A stretch of DNA of 64,000 nucleotides from Octopus vulgaris (taxonomy: Eukaryota): NCBI GenBank assembly GCA_951406725.2, contig OX597817.1:31992001-32056000 (forward strand), given 5' to 3'. The position numbers were made by a program, and so were the translations under genes. A model generated the notes under the pieces. That model searched no databases and was not told the origin of the DNA. It worked only from the letters and a program-made list of their open reading frames with translations. Shown in pieces: positions 26,868 to 40,929 of this stretch (positions are counted from its first letter, which is position 1; each line of letters opens with the position of its first letter).

Positions 26868-27082
26868 TCTTTTCTACTCTAGGCACAAAGCCCGAAATTT
26901 TTTGGGAGGGGGGAAAGTCGATTAGATCAACCCCAGTACGCAACTGGTACTTAATTTATCGACCCCGGAAAAATGAAAGACAAAGTCGACCTCGGTGGAA
27001 TTTGAACTCAGAACGTAAAGCCAGACGAAATACCGCTAAGCATTTCGCCCCGCGTGCTAACGTTTCTGCCAGCTTACTGCCC
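26868..27082 (-). mobile_element. SINE family A, alternative-tail subfamily
   Basis: ttctttctactctaggcacaaagcccgaaat...gctaacgtttctgccagc. Confidence 0.88.
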
Positions 27083-28027
27083 TCATACACACTCAGTGTT
27101 ATTAAAAGTATTACTTTGGAACATCGCTCAAACAGCAACTCAATTCAATTTTATGATTTCGCTTGTGTAGAGTTTAAGATTATATTAAAATGTAGAGTAC
27201 TCGAGACGTCTCAGGTACTCTAGTAATTTAATTATTGAAATAAGTACCTGAAAATAGTTCCTAATGAGAACATAAGAATGTCAATAGAAATAACAGAATA
27301 ACAGGAAAATACGTAAATTATATTTATCACTCCCTAAATATCATACAGGTTTGATTTCTTTTAATATATGCAATATATTGAAGCCGATTATTCACTCATT
27401 ATTCTACATTATTGCTTTCCATAATAAATGCTCTACTTAAATTCACAAATGTCGTATATGTAGTTGTACTCAAAGTTACCGAAATATATGCATATTTATA
27501 GATGGATACATGATCTTACAAGCAGGTTTACATGCATTTCCTAAAGGTTTTCAAGGGACAGCAGTTTTAGTTTATATAGAAGCTGCATATTTACAACATA
27601 ATTGACTCATTCCGGGCAAAAGCGACATATGTACATAATAAGCGAGTAAATAAAGACGCTGTTGGATAATTTAGAAAAACTTGAAATTATTACTCACATT
27701 ATGAAACAAAGAAGACAGAAGAATAACCTTTCGAATACAAACAATAAACAGAACTACTCTAGTTCTTGCCGAGTAATTTATAAAGTCAATCTTATAAAGT
27801 GGAACGAATTCAACAGCTTCAAACGCTGAAGTGGTACTCACAATATGCATGTGTGTGTGTATGTGTGTGTATGTGTGTGTGTCTGTGTGTGTAAGAGTGT
27901 GCTTCTACGTATATGCATATGTACATATATTCTCATACAAAGACACGTAGCGTGTTTTATATATATATATATATATATACATTAATATATACATTATATA
28001 TATATACATTATATATATACATGCACT

Positions 28028-29237
28028 GAGGGTGCGTAAGATATTTGAGGACTGATTTATGTTTATAAAAAAATAGATATATAAGAACACATAATAACTA
28101 TATTTATTTTAAACCTTTTACTAAAATGTTATTCAATAAAGCCACCTTCAGCTTCAACAACTTTCATATGAAATCTAAATCATCTACATGCTCGAATTAA
28201 GGGATCCTGGTTCATTTTGGACATTACCCTGACTATGGCGAGCTTTCATAGATATTTTGGTGTTATGGGCGCGTTCATTGGCCTCTCTCTCAACAACGCT
28301 CCGCATGAGGGATCGAAATGTGGGGAATTAGGAGGCCAAATGTTAGGGGTTATGTGATCATGAAAATTTTCAGCCATCCATTCCTGTGTTACTAGAGCCA
28401 TGTACGATAGTGCATAGTCTTACTGAAATACAAATGGTCTTCCATTACATACACTGTCTATCCAGGGCTTAACAATTATTTCCAGGACCTCAATGTAGGC
28501 GGCATAGTTAACTTTAAGGCATTGTGGAAAGAAGTAAGGCGGTATCACATGTCCTTCATTGATGACAACCCCTAAAACCATGAAAGTTGCAGGAAATTTT
28601 GTATGCATAACACTTCGAACTTCAGAATGGTCTACACATAGCCATCTGTCATTTCTTCTGTTAACTTTTTGATCCTGGTCGAAGTTTTTCTCGCTTGAGA
28701 AAAACCAAATCAAATCTTCTTCTGGATTTTTCAGTCTGTTTAAGGGCTTTTTAGATTTGATGAAGTGATTTTTTTTTTTTTGCCTTTTCTGACAAATGGT
28801 CTTCATATGAGACTTATATCTGATGACTTCGCGGACAACATCTCTGACCGTTCCTTCTGACACATGGAGATCTTTTGCAATTGACATAATGGACTTTCTG
28901 GGATTGTAATCAATGGTCTGTTGAACTTTCTGGATGAATTCAGGTGTTCTGATGATTTCAGAGCGTTTAGAATAGTTTTTATCCCTTGATACTGGTGATA
29001 CGTTTCTAGCTCCTTACAAACTTTGCAGACGAAAGTTCTGGCAACTTCGAAAACTTGAGATATTTCTAAATCGCTTTACTCAGCCTTTATAACCACAATA
29101 ACAGCATACCTCTTCATTTCTTGAGTAAGCTGAGGGTCTGCCATTATTATTTTCTGAAACAAAGATTATACAGAGTTAGCAAAAAAATGCAGCAATGACC
29201 CCAAAAATGTATGTCCTCAAATATCTTATACACCTTG
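28028..29237 (-). mobile_element. Tc1/mariner superfamily DNA transposon (maT/DD37D-like), defective
   Basis: Transposase FFSSEKNFDQDQKVNRRNDRW...MVLGVV..EGHVIPPYFF...FVFQ*D...WPPNSP. TIRs gagggtgcgtaagatatttgaggac (28028-28052) / gtcctcaaatatcttatacaccttg (29213-29237), then TA. Confidence 0.88.
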
Positions 29238-30264
29238 TATATATATATACTGATTACAAAGAGAACCAAATATGAAATCAAAAGCGTGAACATGAAGCAG
29301 CCATTGTTGCATGTGTCGTTTACAAAGGCTTTTAAACAGAACATAAGGATAAGCGTTTTCTTCAAACTTTCTTTTCATATTTCCAAAAATATTCAGACTG
29401 GCTATTATAAGTGGCTTTCACTTATACTGTAGTAAAGAATAGTCTGCATTTCTATTGAGTCCTGTGATTTATCGCTTCTGATGAATCAACAAAGATTTAT
29501 GCACATGTACACACACACACACACACACTCACGCATATAAATCGTTTAAGAATCCGTGTATACACATACACACCCACACACGTACACACACGCACACACA
29601 TACACTCACATAGATCTATTGTTTTCTGAAAAGTTATAAACAATAGAATCTAAATGTTAGACTGAAAAGCCCCTTTAGATAGAAAAAGTGGAAGACTTCT
29701 GGAAGCCTTCCACTTTTTCTAGCCAAAAGTTTTTTGAGCTTTTTTTTTCTCTCTTTCCAACCCAAAATGTACAAGTTATTATTTATAGCTCTATGTGTGT
29801 TCTTGAAGATATACCATTCCAAAACAAAAACAAAAAAAAGACAAAAAATAGAATTATTTCACATTCTTTCGAAAGTGTATAACATTCTTATATATATGAA
29901 TAAATGTATGCATATATCTATAAACAAATTCATACGAAAATACATACAGACAATCCTACCATTTCTCTTTTACTGTCGTAAATCTATTTTCTCCATTTTT
30001 TTCATTTCATCTTTGTTTCCATCAGTTCCTTTAGAAACATATTTTTTTCTTATTTCTATTTAAGTATCATTAATTCATGTGAAACACTTTATTTATTTAT
30101 TTATTTGTTTATTTATTTATTCGTATTTCATATTCTTGTGGAATGCTGTCGTAGATTTTATTGTTGTTGTTGTATTTGTTGTTGTTAACGCATCAATCTT
30201 CAGTTCGTGTGACTAAAAGGAAAACACCATACATTAACATGTATCTATATATTTTATACATTAC

Positions 30265-30344
<80 letters not shown>

Positions 30345-30596
30345 CATGTATGTGTATGTGTATGTGTGCATACACACATATATGTATGCCTGATGGTAGA
30401 AGAATTTAAATAGATAAGTAGATAGATATATAGATAGATAGATAGAGAGATATATAGATAGATAGATAGACAGACTGATAGATATACACACACACAGACA
30501 CATACTTACACACATACATATACAAACACACATAAATATATACAAATATATGTATATATATATACATGTATATATATATATGTATATATATATATG

Positions 30597-30646
<50 letters not shown>

Positions 30647-30870
30647 TATATATACATATACATATGTGTGTATATATATAAATACATATATATACATATA
30701 TATATTTATCTTCACATATATATATGAGTATTTCTGCTAAGCATGTGTGTGTGCGTGCGCAAGTTTCTGTGCGTGCTTAGTAGTGTACTTATATATATAT
30801 ATATATATATATATATGCATGTATTATTTATGTGGTTGTATGTATGTTTGTCTGTAATAATATTTCATAT

Positions 30871-30929
<59 letters not shown>

Positions 30930-32390
30930 ACACATAGAGATATAAGTAGGTTGCTAATGTGCTCATACATGGAAGTAATAAGCCGGTTATAAGCAATCTC
31001 ATTGTTGTCCGAGAAAGGCGTCTCCAAAATGAGAATATAATCTGGTGATTCTGAACATTTTTATTATGCAAGATATATTTCCACGTCTATCTAAAACTAA
31101 TTCCCATTGGTTTTGAACTGGAGTATGGTTTACAGAGACATATGAAAATAGTGAGTAGCAGTGGAGGCGGACGGGGGAGGGTAGAAATGTTAGAAAATAG
31201 ATTAAATTGAAGAAATTTAATGTCTCGGAATGGCTACATGGTGTGATCTGCACAGGAAGAGTGTTTTCTGATATTTTTATTTTTCCATTTCTTTTCGAAT
31301 TTTTTTTTTTTTTTTTGCCTTTAAATGAAGAAAATTGATACAATAAGTAAATGTAATTTACTTGAAATAAATGTCCGAGATAAAAAAAAAAAATTAACAG
31401 AAAATTCAAGCACACACACACACACTTGGTCACAGACACACTTATGCATATATATTTCTATGTTTATATGCAAATTTGTGCATACACAAATAATGTACAT
31501 ACGTTTTATGTAAATGTGTGTTTTTTGTTATATGTTACAAAAATGCTTTAGTGATATATATATATATATATATGGCAAAATTTATTGCATTCTTGGGGAG
31601 GGGGGAACACTACATCTTACATTACTGGTATTGCGATCTCCTACCTCAAAGTTGTGTTTACATACATTTAAGCATAAACACACGCACACATTAAAATGCA
31701 CACACATATGTAAGAAATATCATAGTCAATCTGCATATGCATGTGTTTGTGTATGAATATGTGTTCGTGGGTGAGTGCGTGCCTCTGTGTGTGTGTGCGT
31801 GTGTATGTGTGTGTGTGTGTGTGCGTGTATGTTGGTACGTGTGTATACATACTTACATACACACACACACACATACTCACACACACATATATATATAGAG
31901 AGAGAGATAGAGAGAGTGTGTGTGAGAGATAGAGAGTGAGAGAGAGAGAGAGGAGGGGAGAGAGAGAAAGAAAGAGTTTATTTCGTTAGAATATTTCGCT
32001 ATTCGAGTTTCACTCCACAGCAGTCTCCAGGCGAGAACGGCGTCAAATTCACATAACGAGCCGAATAAACTGTATACTTAACGAGATATATTGAATACTC
32101 TCATCCTTATTCGCTTGCCACACGTCAACAGTTGAATACATATGTGCGTATCCTTGTGTGATCTTATACGTGTATTGTCTTTAACTCTTTTTCTGATATT
32201 CTGAAAGGTTTTTAATCGATTATAATGACTCACAACACTGGTTTCAGCTTTTTACTTGTTTGAAAATTCTATATTTTTACACCTGGTTAAATTAGGAATG
32301 TGAGCTTAAGGTTGATCATATTTTTAATGGTGTTTCTTTTGTGAAAACACATACACATACGCGGGCACAGACAAAGTTTTTCACGCACTG

Positions 32391-32425
<35 letters not shown>

Positions 32426-32523
32426 ATATACGTGTATGCATGCATGTATGCATATATGAGTATGTATGTATGTATATATATGTATGTAGCTCGCTCAATA
32501 GATAGATAAACAGACAGACAGAC

Positions 32524-32597
<74 letters not shown>

Positions 32598-32789
32598 AAA
32601 TAAGGTGAGGAAGCGAGAGGCTGTGTCAAATAGATAAGGTACTTCTAGAGTAAATATATTCATGATAACTCTTTGACTGATGCCGTAACTAAATAAAAAA
32701 TAAATATTAAAAATAAAACTGTTATCAATAAAATAATAGATTAGTGGGGGTGGGTGCGCAAGAATACATGCTATTATAATACATAGTAT

Positions 32790-33405
32790 AAGGTGGCGAG
32801 CTGGCAGAATCGTTAGCAGGCCGGACGAAATGTTTAGCGGTATCTCGTCTGCCGCTACGTTCTGAGTTCAAATTCCGCCGAGGTCGACTTTGCCTTTCAT
32901 CCTTTCGGGGTCGATTAAATAAGTACCAGTTACGCACTGGGTCGATATAATCGACTTAATCCGTTTGTCTCTCCTTGTTTGTCCTCTCTGTGTTTAGCCC
33001 CTTGTGGGTAGTAAAGAAATAGGTATTTTGTCTACTGCTAAGTCCAAATTCCGCCGCGGTCGACTTTGCCTTTCATCCTTTCGGGGTCTATATATTAAGT
33101 ACCTGTTACGCACTGGGTCGATGTACTCGACTAGTTACCTCACCCAAAATTTCAGACATTGTGCCAATAGTAGAAAGGATTATAATGTATATTATAAGAG
33201 CTAACAGAATCGTTACCACGCCGGCCGAAATGCTTAGCGATATTTCGTCTGCGGCTACGTTCTGAGCTCAAAATCCGACGAGGTCGATTTTGCCTTTCAT
33301 CCTTTCGAGGTCGATAATTTAAGTACCAATTGAGTACTGGGGTCGATGTAATAGACTTAACCTCCCACCTCCCATTTCAGGCTTGGTGCCTATTTTAGAA
33401 AGGAT
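32790..33405 (+). mobile_element. SINE family A cluster (dimer plus adjacent copy)
   Basis: Three tandem cores; junction gaaataggtattttg at ~33016. Confidence 0.88.
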
Positions 33406-33959
33406 TATAATATATGTTATATATAATATATATATTTCCATGGAGATTGAGTTGATAGAGTTTGCAGAAACGTGAGAGGATTAAACATGACGTTTTGTGA
33501 TATTTGTCTACAACTATTAGCATTCTCATTTCATATCCCACTGAGATCTACTTTCACTTCTCCTGGGCCGTTCATAAAAATAAATAGCAATTGAATTACT
33601 GAGTATCGATTTATCTTCTTTTTCTTCTGGTAGAAATCTATAGAAATAATCACTCGTGGATGGAGATTCCTTGATCAGTTAGTGGTTAAACAATTTATTC
33701 TACTCACTTCTCATTGCTACGGTGATTAATAATAAATAGTTTGAGAGAAAAATTAAGCATGAGACTAATTCGGAAATTGGAGGAAACGCTAAATATAATA
33801 TTCTAAATATTGGCTGTCGAACGCCTACAAGACGAAACTGTAACTGCTTCAGGCTTGGCTGAAGCTACCTCACGTATTTACGTCATTAATGTTCTTAAGT
33901 AACGGCATATGTGCCAAAATATCCCAACTCTTCTAAGTCTGAAATACAATAGTAAGAAC

Positions 33960-34165
33960 AGGGGCGGTAAATTGGCAGAATCGTAAGACCACTGGACTAA
34001 ATTCTTTGCGGTGTTTATTATATGCGTAGTTCCAATTCTACTAACGACTTCTTTGCTTTTCATCCTTTCAGGAACGTCAAATTAAGGTACCAGCCAAGTC
34101 TTTAGGTTGATATAATCGATAAATCCCTTCTCTTCATTATTACTGCCTTTATGCCCAAAATAAAC
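33960..34165 (+). mobile_element. SINE family A, old copy
   Basis: ggcggtaaattggcagaatcgtaag...tttgcttttcatcctttc. Confidence 0.65.
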
Positions 34166-34330
34166 CTAAATTGAACATTTACGGAAAATATCCCAAATAA
34201 TGTATTTACCCGTTAGTTTTGCAATTTGTCACACAATTGCAGTGAATATATAATCGATCGAATCGATACTTGCTTTCATCCACCCGAAAAGGATGAAAAC
34301 CAAAGATGAAGGTATTTGAGGGAAATTTGC

Positions 34331-34733
34331 TATTTCTTTATTGCCCACAAGGGGCTAAACACAGAGGGGTCAAACGGATTAAGTCGATTACATCGACCCC
34401 AGTGCGTAAATGGTACTTAATTTATCGACCCCGAAAGGATGAAAGGCAAAGTCGGCCTCGGCGGAATTTGAACTCACAACGTAGCGGCAGACGAAATACC
34501 TATTTCTTTACTACCCACAAGGGGCTAAACACAGAGAGGACAAACAAGGACAGACAAACGGATTAATTTGATTATATCGACCCCAGTGCGTAACTGATAC
34601 TTATTTAGTCGACCCCGAAAGGATGAAAGGCAAAGTCGACCTCGGCAGAATTTGAACTCAGAACGTAGCGGCAGACGAAATACGGCTACGCATTTCGCCT
34701 GACGTGCTAACGATTCTCCCAGCTCGCCGCCTT
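34331..34733 (-). mobile_element. SINE family A dimer with TSD overlapping its tail
   Basis: tatttgagggaaatttgctatttct (34313-34337) / tatttgagggagattttctatttct (34735-34759). Confidence 0.88.
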
Positions 34734-36394
34734 ATATTTGAGGGAGATTTTCTATTTCTAGCAGGTTGTGCAGCGGTGAAGAAGGCTCCTTGTGTAGTAA
34801 TGGGTTGTCAGATAAATTCATTCGTTTTTTTTTCTACATGGCACGCCATCATCATCATATACCTGAATACAGGTAAAATTCAAATTTCAAAAGCGACAAT
34901 CAAAAGCTGTAGAAGAATAGAGCTACAAAAGCCATAAGGCAGTACAATAAAAAATATATTTCGTGTTCATTCAAATAACATTGGAAAGTATTAAAAATAA
35001 ACGGTGTATGGAGGAGGGGCGAACGAATTTATCTCACAACCTAGTAGTGGGAGTAACAGCAGTAACAGTAACAGCGGGAACGGCTGCTGACGATTTATGG
35101 CATTCTGAGAAGCATTCTTTGCCATCCAGCCGATCGTAGGTATGTATGATGAAGTCTGTAAGAACGTCTGGAATTCTTTGTCCACTTAATAAAGCGAAGA
35201 AGCACGTGTACGACGGCAACAACAGCAACAACAACAACAACAACAACATCAAAAACAACTACACGTAATATTCAGTATTATCGTTATTGTTATTGTTGTA
35301 TCATTTGTTTGTTTATTTCGTTATTGCTAATTATCTTATTAACCTATATCACCGATCTAATTACCAGTTAGATTGTCAGCCCCTCCACTTCTCAAGTGTG
35401 TCTAGTGACCCAAATCAACACTAGTTAACATCAACAGGTGCAATCTTCATGGAACATAAATCTTGATATCGTATTTTTTTTTATATATATTTCCTCAGAC
35501 TTTTTTCCAGTTTTTCTTTTCTATTTTGTGTGTGCGTTTTTTCCTTTCACTATTTTTCCTTCTCTCATTTCAAATCAGTTTTATTCTCTCATAATTTATT
35601 CATTTTATTCGTGTTTTGTATACTTTTATCTAGTTGTTTTCTTCACTAGCTCCTTTGCTTTATTTTCTTATATTTTGCTTTGTGATTTCTTTTTTAATTT
35701 TTTTGTTGTTGTTGCTCTATAGTATTTTTTATATTCTATATTGTTATCTGCCGCCACATTTGCCGTTATCATCGCCACCATTCGTGTTATCATCGTCAAC
35801 ATTGTTCTATCACAGTTGTTATTGTTGTTATCATCGTCGCCATTGTTGTTGCTATATTCTTAGTCCTAAATCAGATCTGATTGAGGAAACCCTGTATTCA
35901 AAATCTTTCCAGATTATTCGTTTTCTTCTTGAGATATAGGACATCAGGAAATTCCTTCTCTTTTTTAAGCAGTCGCAAGTAATTCGAAGGAGATTTCGCT
36001 GCTATTTTTAAGTGACCAGGTAAAGGCTCTGTCGCCCCTTCTTGCTTTCTACTTGCAACAGATTATTTGTTAATTATATTTTTCCGCTTAATTACCATCT
36101 TTGTTTGTTTTTGTTATTTTCTTTCCTAAATTATTTCTACTTAACTTTTCACTCATTTCCGGGTTTTTTTTTCGCGGTATTTTGCTTTTTCCATTTGTCT
36201 TCTATATATCCTTCAATCTTACTTTAAAAGTTGTTTGTTTTTTTGCTCACAGTCTATCTCTTTCTCTATGTCTTTTTCACATCACGTCTTTCATCTTTCT
36301 TTCTCACCATCAATCGACATTGACTTTCTATTTAGGCTCATAAAAGGCAACGCATAAAGAACTGGTATAGGTGAATGAGTTTCAATCGAGTATA

Positions 36395-36500
36395 TTACTA
36401 ACGCCATTTTGTCGATATCAGAGGAAGTTTCGACGTACAACGTAAAAGGACGAAATTCAACACCGAAAATTATTGCGGTTACGATTAGTCTGACATCCAC
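36395..36500. promoter_or_regulatory. CpG-rich island with YY1-like and ETS-like motifs (candidate promoter)
   Basis: CGCCATTTTG (36402-36411), GGAAGT (36423-36428), many CpGs. Minus strand reads aaaATGGC|gttagt, a possible donor. Confidence 0.3.
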
Positions 36501-36509
36501 TACCGTTAT

Positions 36510-36558
<49 letters not shown>

Positions 36559-36609
36559 GCATATGCACACACACACATATTTGTGAAATTCTTTTTATAT
36601 ATTTATTAT

Positions 36610-36810
36610 ACTCTTTTACTTGTTTCTGTCATTTGACTGTGGCCATGCTGGAGCACCGCCTTTAGTCGAGCAAATCGATCCCAGGACTTATTCTTTGTAA
36701 GCCTAGTACTTATTCTATCGGTCTCTTTTTCCGAACCGCTAAGTTACGGGGGCGTAAACACACCAGCATCGGTTGTCAAGCGATGTTGGGACGCAAACAC
36801 AGACACACAA

Positions 36811-36860
<50 letters not shown>

Positions 36861-37037
36861 GCATATATACATATATACGATGGGCTTCTTTCAGTTTCCG
36901 TCTACCAAATCCACTCACAAGGCTTTGGTCGGCCCGAGGCAAGAGTACAAGACGCCCAAGGTGCCACGCAGTGGGACTGAATCCGAAACCATGTGGTTCG
37001 TAAGCAAGTTACTTACCACACAACCACTCCTACGCCT
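36610..37037 (-). mobile_element. SINE family B, full length
   Basis: Same structure as 22386-22798. Confidence 0.9.
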
Positions 37038-37573
37038 ATTATCCGTACGTGTAATAAAAGAATGTGATTTGCAGAGATTACGGCCATCTATCAATGGATC
37101 ATCAGCCGCATTGATTTCAAAATATGTTGCAGTATTCATGCCTTTTGCAAAAGTATAAGCCGCATGAGCGACAACTAATTCCCTCCCAACCGATGTCGGA
37201 TCACCTCTATGCTAAAGTTGACATGAATTAATCCAGAAATTTAAAGAAAAGCAAATCCAGCCCCAAGCACCACCACCATCACAAAAAAAACATAATAAAT
37301 GCAATAGAGCAGGAGAATGAATAAAAATAAAGAAAGAAATAAAGAAATTCAGGTCGCAATATTGGCCATTAATATTTAAAGAATTTTGCCCTGACACCAC
37401 AACCAGTCGTGTAATGTCATAATAACCTCTTAATAAATTATTAATCCGTTACAGTGTATTTATTTCAAATACTTTTTTCCTTAGTGAGTTAGAGGAGCTG
37501 AATTTAATAGCTTAATTAAGTACAGATGGTTGGTTTCATAAAACAGGACATTGAATGTGTGCATGTGTTTCAG

Positions 37574-37925
37574 TATGGATGGATGGATGGATGGATGGAT
37601 GGATGGATGGATGGATGGATGGATGGATGGACGGACGGAGGGACGGACGGACGGATAGACGGACGGACGGACGGACGGACGGATGAATGGATGGGTGGAT
37701 GGATGGATGGATGGTGGCTGGCTGGATAGATGGATGGATGGACGGACGGACGGACGGACGGATGGATGGGTGGATGGATGGATGAACGGACGGATGGACG
37801 GATGGAAGGATGGATGGATGGATGGATGGATGGATGGATGGATGGACGGACGGACGGATGGACGGATGGATGGGTGGATGGATGGATGGATGGATGGTGG
37901 CTGGATGCATGTATAGATGGATGGA
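37574..37925. repeat. Compound (GGAT)n/(GGAC)n tetranucleotide array
   Basis: Seen directly; the variant ggatggtggctgg occurs twice, implying block duplication. Confidence 0.95.
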
Positions 37926-38854
37926 GGTACCTATGTATATGATGTAGCACCGCATCTGGTCGACTCGATAAACGCCGAGTGATTTAGTAAAATAGAATCC
38001 ATGAAGCTTGCGTCCACGGCTATCAAGGACGCTTAAATTTCGGCGGCTCAGTTCAGTCCATGTGCCTGCAGATGGGTATCATGAGAGATGCAACTCAGCT
38101 CTGGAATCAGTAAGTGAACTGTATACCGTATACATGCCATTTCTTTCTTTGGTATAAATTTGCTGAGTTACGTTATTGTAGTTAATACGGAATCCTATTG
38201 ACGAAGCTCAGCATTTTGGGAGAATTTTAGGAATGTCTTACAAATCTTGTCTATGGATAGATGGATGAATGGATGGAAGTACCCGTGCGCACATACGCAA
38301 ATTTAGGTTTACAAGCAAAAGATTGAGTAGTCAGTACATGAAATAGGGTTTGTTTTTATGTTCAAAGTGAATGATTGTCTTCTCCGATTGTCTAAGTTTC
38401 TTACGCTTTTGATGTGGTTGACTAAACAAACGCTAACTAGCAAGAATCTCAACTGAACATGCAGTTGGACGTGCGTTTGCGCGTGCTTGTGCTTGCACGT
38501 TTGTGTTTATGCTTTTGTTTGTTTGTGTGTGTGATTGGAGGGAGAGGAGCAAAAGGATTTTAAAGAGCCATACAGTACAGATTTAAATTACTCCCGCACT
38601 CCCTGCAAGAACCATCTTTGAGATTTGTTTAGTTACGTTGCTTGATAAAAGTGGGAGATAAATTTCATCGCCTTTAGAGAAATGAAAAGTAAAATCTTCT
38701 TCAGAGGGATTTGGCATCAAAATAGTGAAGTAGCGAACTTTACATATCTATACTGGCCTACACATGCTTCACCATCTTTTCATTTTTCTTTAGTAACACT
38801 GTGTCATTAAACATAGGAATGTAAGTTTTGATACCGTTATGTAAGTTGCTTTTA

Positions 38855-39420
38855 TTGGTTTGTCCGGAAAGTTCGTGCCGATTTTTAAAGGAAAGAAAAA
38901 GGTCAATAAATATTTGCCATTACATTTTTAATCAACCAAATATGAACCATTTTGTTGTACAATGCGTCTCCATCTTGTCTTTAACTTGAAAATACCCTCT
39001 TCCCAGAACTGAGGTGGTTTCATGGCAAAAAATTCATCAAGGTATCTTTTTACGTCATCCAAGGAATTGGAATTTTTACCATTAAGACTATTCTGCAGAG
39101 ACCTGAATAAGTGGAAATCCGAAGGAGCAATATCTGGTGAATATGGAGGGTGGGGTAACACATCCCAGCCGAGCTGCAGCAATTTTTGTCTGGTTCCCAA
39201 AGCATCAAGTGCCGAAAATGAACTTTCTTATCTTCCATTTTAAAGGCTTACAGAATTAACACACGTTATAGGAACATAAACCTTCTTCCACTAAAAGATA
39301 GCTTAAGATGTGCTCTAAATGGAGGTGTAGTCAAATCCTATTTTATGGACTCAACCATGTTCTAAAATAAATCGAAAGGTAAGCTACTATAAATCGGCAC
39401 GAACTTTCCGGACAACCCAA
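38855..39420 (-). mobile_element. Internally deleted mariner (DD34D, mellifera-like), 566 bp, TA TSD
   Basis: 30-bp TIRs ttggtttgtccggaaagttcgtgccgattt / aaatcggcacgaactttccggacaacccaa (29/30) flanked by TA. N-terminus MEDKKVHFRHLMLW fused to LGWDVLPHPPYSPDIAPSDFHLF. Confidence 0.95.
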
Positions 39421-39921
39421 TATTACACGCTAATAATCAAGTCCGTTTCCAGACAAGTTTTACTCCTTTAAATAATAATTAGCCAGCGTTACATCAAGAG
39501 TTCGGCAAAATTTAACACACATTACAGTTGTTTTCATTGTAGTCGTTCTTTAACAAATGGCGATGTTACGTACAAGTGATTCAGAAACAACCCGAACTTT
39601 TACGTTTTCTAACACAGTTGTTATGTGTAAAAGAAATAAAGAGAGAAAGCTAGGAAGAGCGAGGAAAACTGAACGAGAGGAAGGAAGATAGTTTGGAAAA
39701 GCAAAAAAGGAAAAAAAAGAAAAACAGGAGAAAAGCTGATACAATTCGTAGTTAATTTGTTTTAGCTTATCCAGTAACAGTCTTACTTCGTTGCGTCTAA
39801 ATCAAAAAAATGTTTTCCTTTTTTTAAAAGCCTTCACGTTTAAGCTGCGTAGTTTATTACTTTACACCAACAGCGTCAATAGCAGCAAGAATAACAATTA
39901 AGATATGTAATAATAATAATA

Positions 39922-40115
39922 ATTCTTTCTGCTTTAAACACAAAGCCTGCGGTTTTTTGTGGTGGGGAGATGGACCAGTCGATTGCATCGACCCCACTGC
40001 TCAACTGGTGCTTCTTTTATCGCCCCTGAAATGATGAAAGCGAAAGTCGCCCCCGGCTGAATTTATACTAAGAATGTAAAGCCAGAAGAAATGCTGCTGA
40101 GCGTGTTAACGATTC
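39922..40115 (-). mobile_element. SINE family A, old copy
   Basis: agtcgattgcatcgacccc...gatgaaagcgaaagtcg. Confidence 0.7.
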
Positions 40116-40129
40116 CGGCTATAAATAAT

Positions 40130-40876
40130 TCTGGAAGCGACCTTGGAGAGATTTAAATGCTGTGTTTTGGTGGCTCGTCTTTGTCCAACTATTGTGCTGA
40201 ACGTTTACAGTTGTTGTATTGCATCAATTTCTTATCACATGTTACAATTCGATTCAAAAATTATTCATTTTTCTGGCGAGAAAGTGTCATAATGAAGGCT
40301 TTCAAACATTGATGTTTCTGATTTTTATTGAGTTCATGTGGAACCCACTTATCCAATGTTTTCACTTTACCGATTTGAACTTGGTGAATGAATGTTGTTT
40401 GCTTTCTAACACCAAACGACATCAATAATTCACAGGCACTTTGAGATGGATTTGACTCGATGGTGGCTTTCAGTTCGTTATTATCCAACTTTGTTTCTGG
40501 TCGACCACGTTGCTCATTTGTGAGGTCAACGTTACCAGAACGAAATTTTGCAAACCAATTTGATACTGCCTGATGTGTAATAACATTAGAATGAAATACT
40601 CCATTGATATTCCGAGCTGTCTCTGATGTTGTATTTCCAATAAAGAACTCATGTTTCAAAACTATACGAATTTCCGACTTATCCATCTCTAAATAAAAAT
40701 AACAAAAAACGATTTATAAATACTTTATAAAGCGCAAAATGAGCTAGAATAAAGAAACAGATGTGTCAGTTTTCTAACAAAAAATAAAGATTGTCAAAAT
40801 ATAATAAGGGCGCAAAATGAGCAGCTGTCAAAGTTTACCATATACCTTACTACAAATTTCATACTTGATCACTCTA
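40130..40876 (-). mobile_element. Mariner transposase 5' relic (cecropia/Hsmar1-like)
   Basis: MDKSEIRIVLKHEF...ETARNIN...WFAKFRSGNVDLTNEQRGRPETKLDN...GKVKTLDKWVPHEL (WVPHEL motif). Confidence 0.9.
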
Positions 40877-40929
40877 TTTTTATGTATCTCGCAAGCATTT
40901 CATTAACTCCATGTTCTTCTTAAGAACCA

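Noticed and set aside
17295-34566. Recurrent peptides RPRKDERQSRPRRNLNSER and MVVIPAVLFH
   Set aside because: Translations of SINE families A and C.
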